DNA of 64,000 nucleotides from an uncultured Eubacteriales bacterium (GTDB lineage Bacteria; Bacillota; Clostridia; Oscillospirales; CAG-272): NCBI GenBank assembly GCA_905201895.1, contig CAJKPX010000006.1, positions 2,656 to 66,655 of the forward strand, read 5' to 3'. Shown piece by piece: positions 63,701 to 64,000 of this stretch (position 1 is its first letter; each line of letters starts with the position of its first letter). The notes under the pieces were generated by a model. It saw only the letters and a program-made list of their open reading frames with translations, ran no database searches and was not told where the DNA came from. The position numbers and the translations under genes were made by a program.

Positions 63701-63993
63701 ACGAAATAGTCGAAGGACAGTCGCTGACTCACCGCGGGACGCACGATGCCGTTTGCAACCGCCTGATGTAGCGGATGAGTTTGATACATCGCCAACGCCT
63801 CCGCATCCGCAAAGGAGGAATCCATCATCAAATCGCCCGAGGAGCATGCCATGCCGTCGGTGAGAATCTGCATGCTCAAAAGCCCGTCGATCTGACCCAC
63901 CAGACCCTCAAGCGCCGCCTTGATCTGGGCTGCCTTTGCCGTTTTGTCGGCAACCTCATCGTTCATCTTCCAGATAATCATGTGCTTTACCAT
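63697..63993 (-). CDS. Dabb-family (stress-responsive alpha/beta-barrel) protein
   Basis: MVKHMIIWKMNDEV...AEALAMYQTHPLHQAV...R..FDY pattern of Dabb dimeric ferredoxin-like proteins (98 aa). Confidence 0.7.
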   Translation of the reverse strand: MVKHMIIWKMNDEVADKTAKAAQIKAALEGLVGQIDGLLSMQILTDGMACSSGDLMMDSSFADAEALAMYQTHPLHQAVANGIVRPAVSQRLSFDYFV

Positions 63994-64000
63994 TTTTCAA

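Noticed and set aside
1-64000. Prophage, ICE, transposon or other mobile element
   Set aside because: No integrase, transposase, recombinase, relaxase or phage structural gene was recognised in any frame. The only mobility hints are the tRNA 3'-end duplication and the 17-nt inverted repeat, which are reported as low-confidence findings.

Overview
This is a 64-kb chromosomal segment from a moderately GC-rich, spore-forming Firmicute of class Clostridia. The evidence for that is spoIIE, an alpha/beta-type SASP, DegV/YloV, rpsO-pnp and rpsF-ssb-rpsR; finer taxonomy needs a database search. I support 57 protein-coding genes, including two 44-45-aa genes that are absent from the ORF track and one gene open at the window start. 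I also support one tRNA-Pro(UGG), many near-consensus sigma-A promoters (TTGACA-17-TATAAT) and hairpin/T-tract terminators. I saw no rRNA, CRISPR array, integrase or transposase. Housekeeping blocks alternate with accessory blocks. The housekeeping genes include degV-yloV, rpsO-pnp, glcK, spoIIE, rpsF-ssb-rpsR and SASP. The accessory blocks encode secreted or lipoprotein enzymes: beta-helix exoproteins, four ComEC-type MBL hydrolases, an orphan solute-binding lipoprotein, a GH78 rhamnosidase, a 1447-aa phosphoesterase/esterase fusion and a CE2-like esterase. Each block sits next to an AraC regulator. The best candidate for a novel system lies at 56.5-64.0 kb. A promoter-to-terminator operon there encodes two cytoplasmic TerY-like vWA proteins, a Ser/Thr kinase with three C-terminal PWPxH repeats, a PP2C phosphatase with a ~450-aa helical tail, and an HExxH metallopeptidase-like protein. 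A third vWA paralog and a Dabb gene lie just upstream. The core resembles the TerY-P triad (vWA + PP2C + kinase), which from memory has been linked to Ter stress systems and anti-phage defence. The extra components look unusual. The second-best lead is a pair of paralogous 44-45-aa peptide genes. Each is the last gene of a secreted-enzyme operon that is divergent from an AraC gene. All family calls come from motif recognition by eye; no searches or computations were run.
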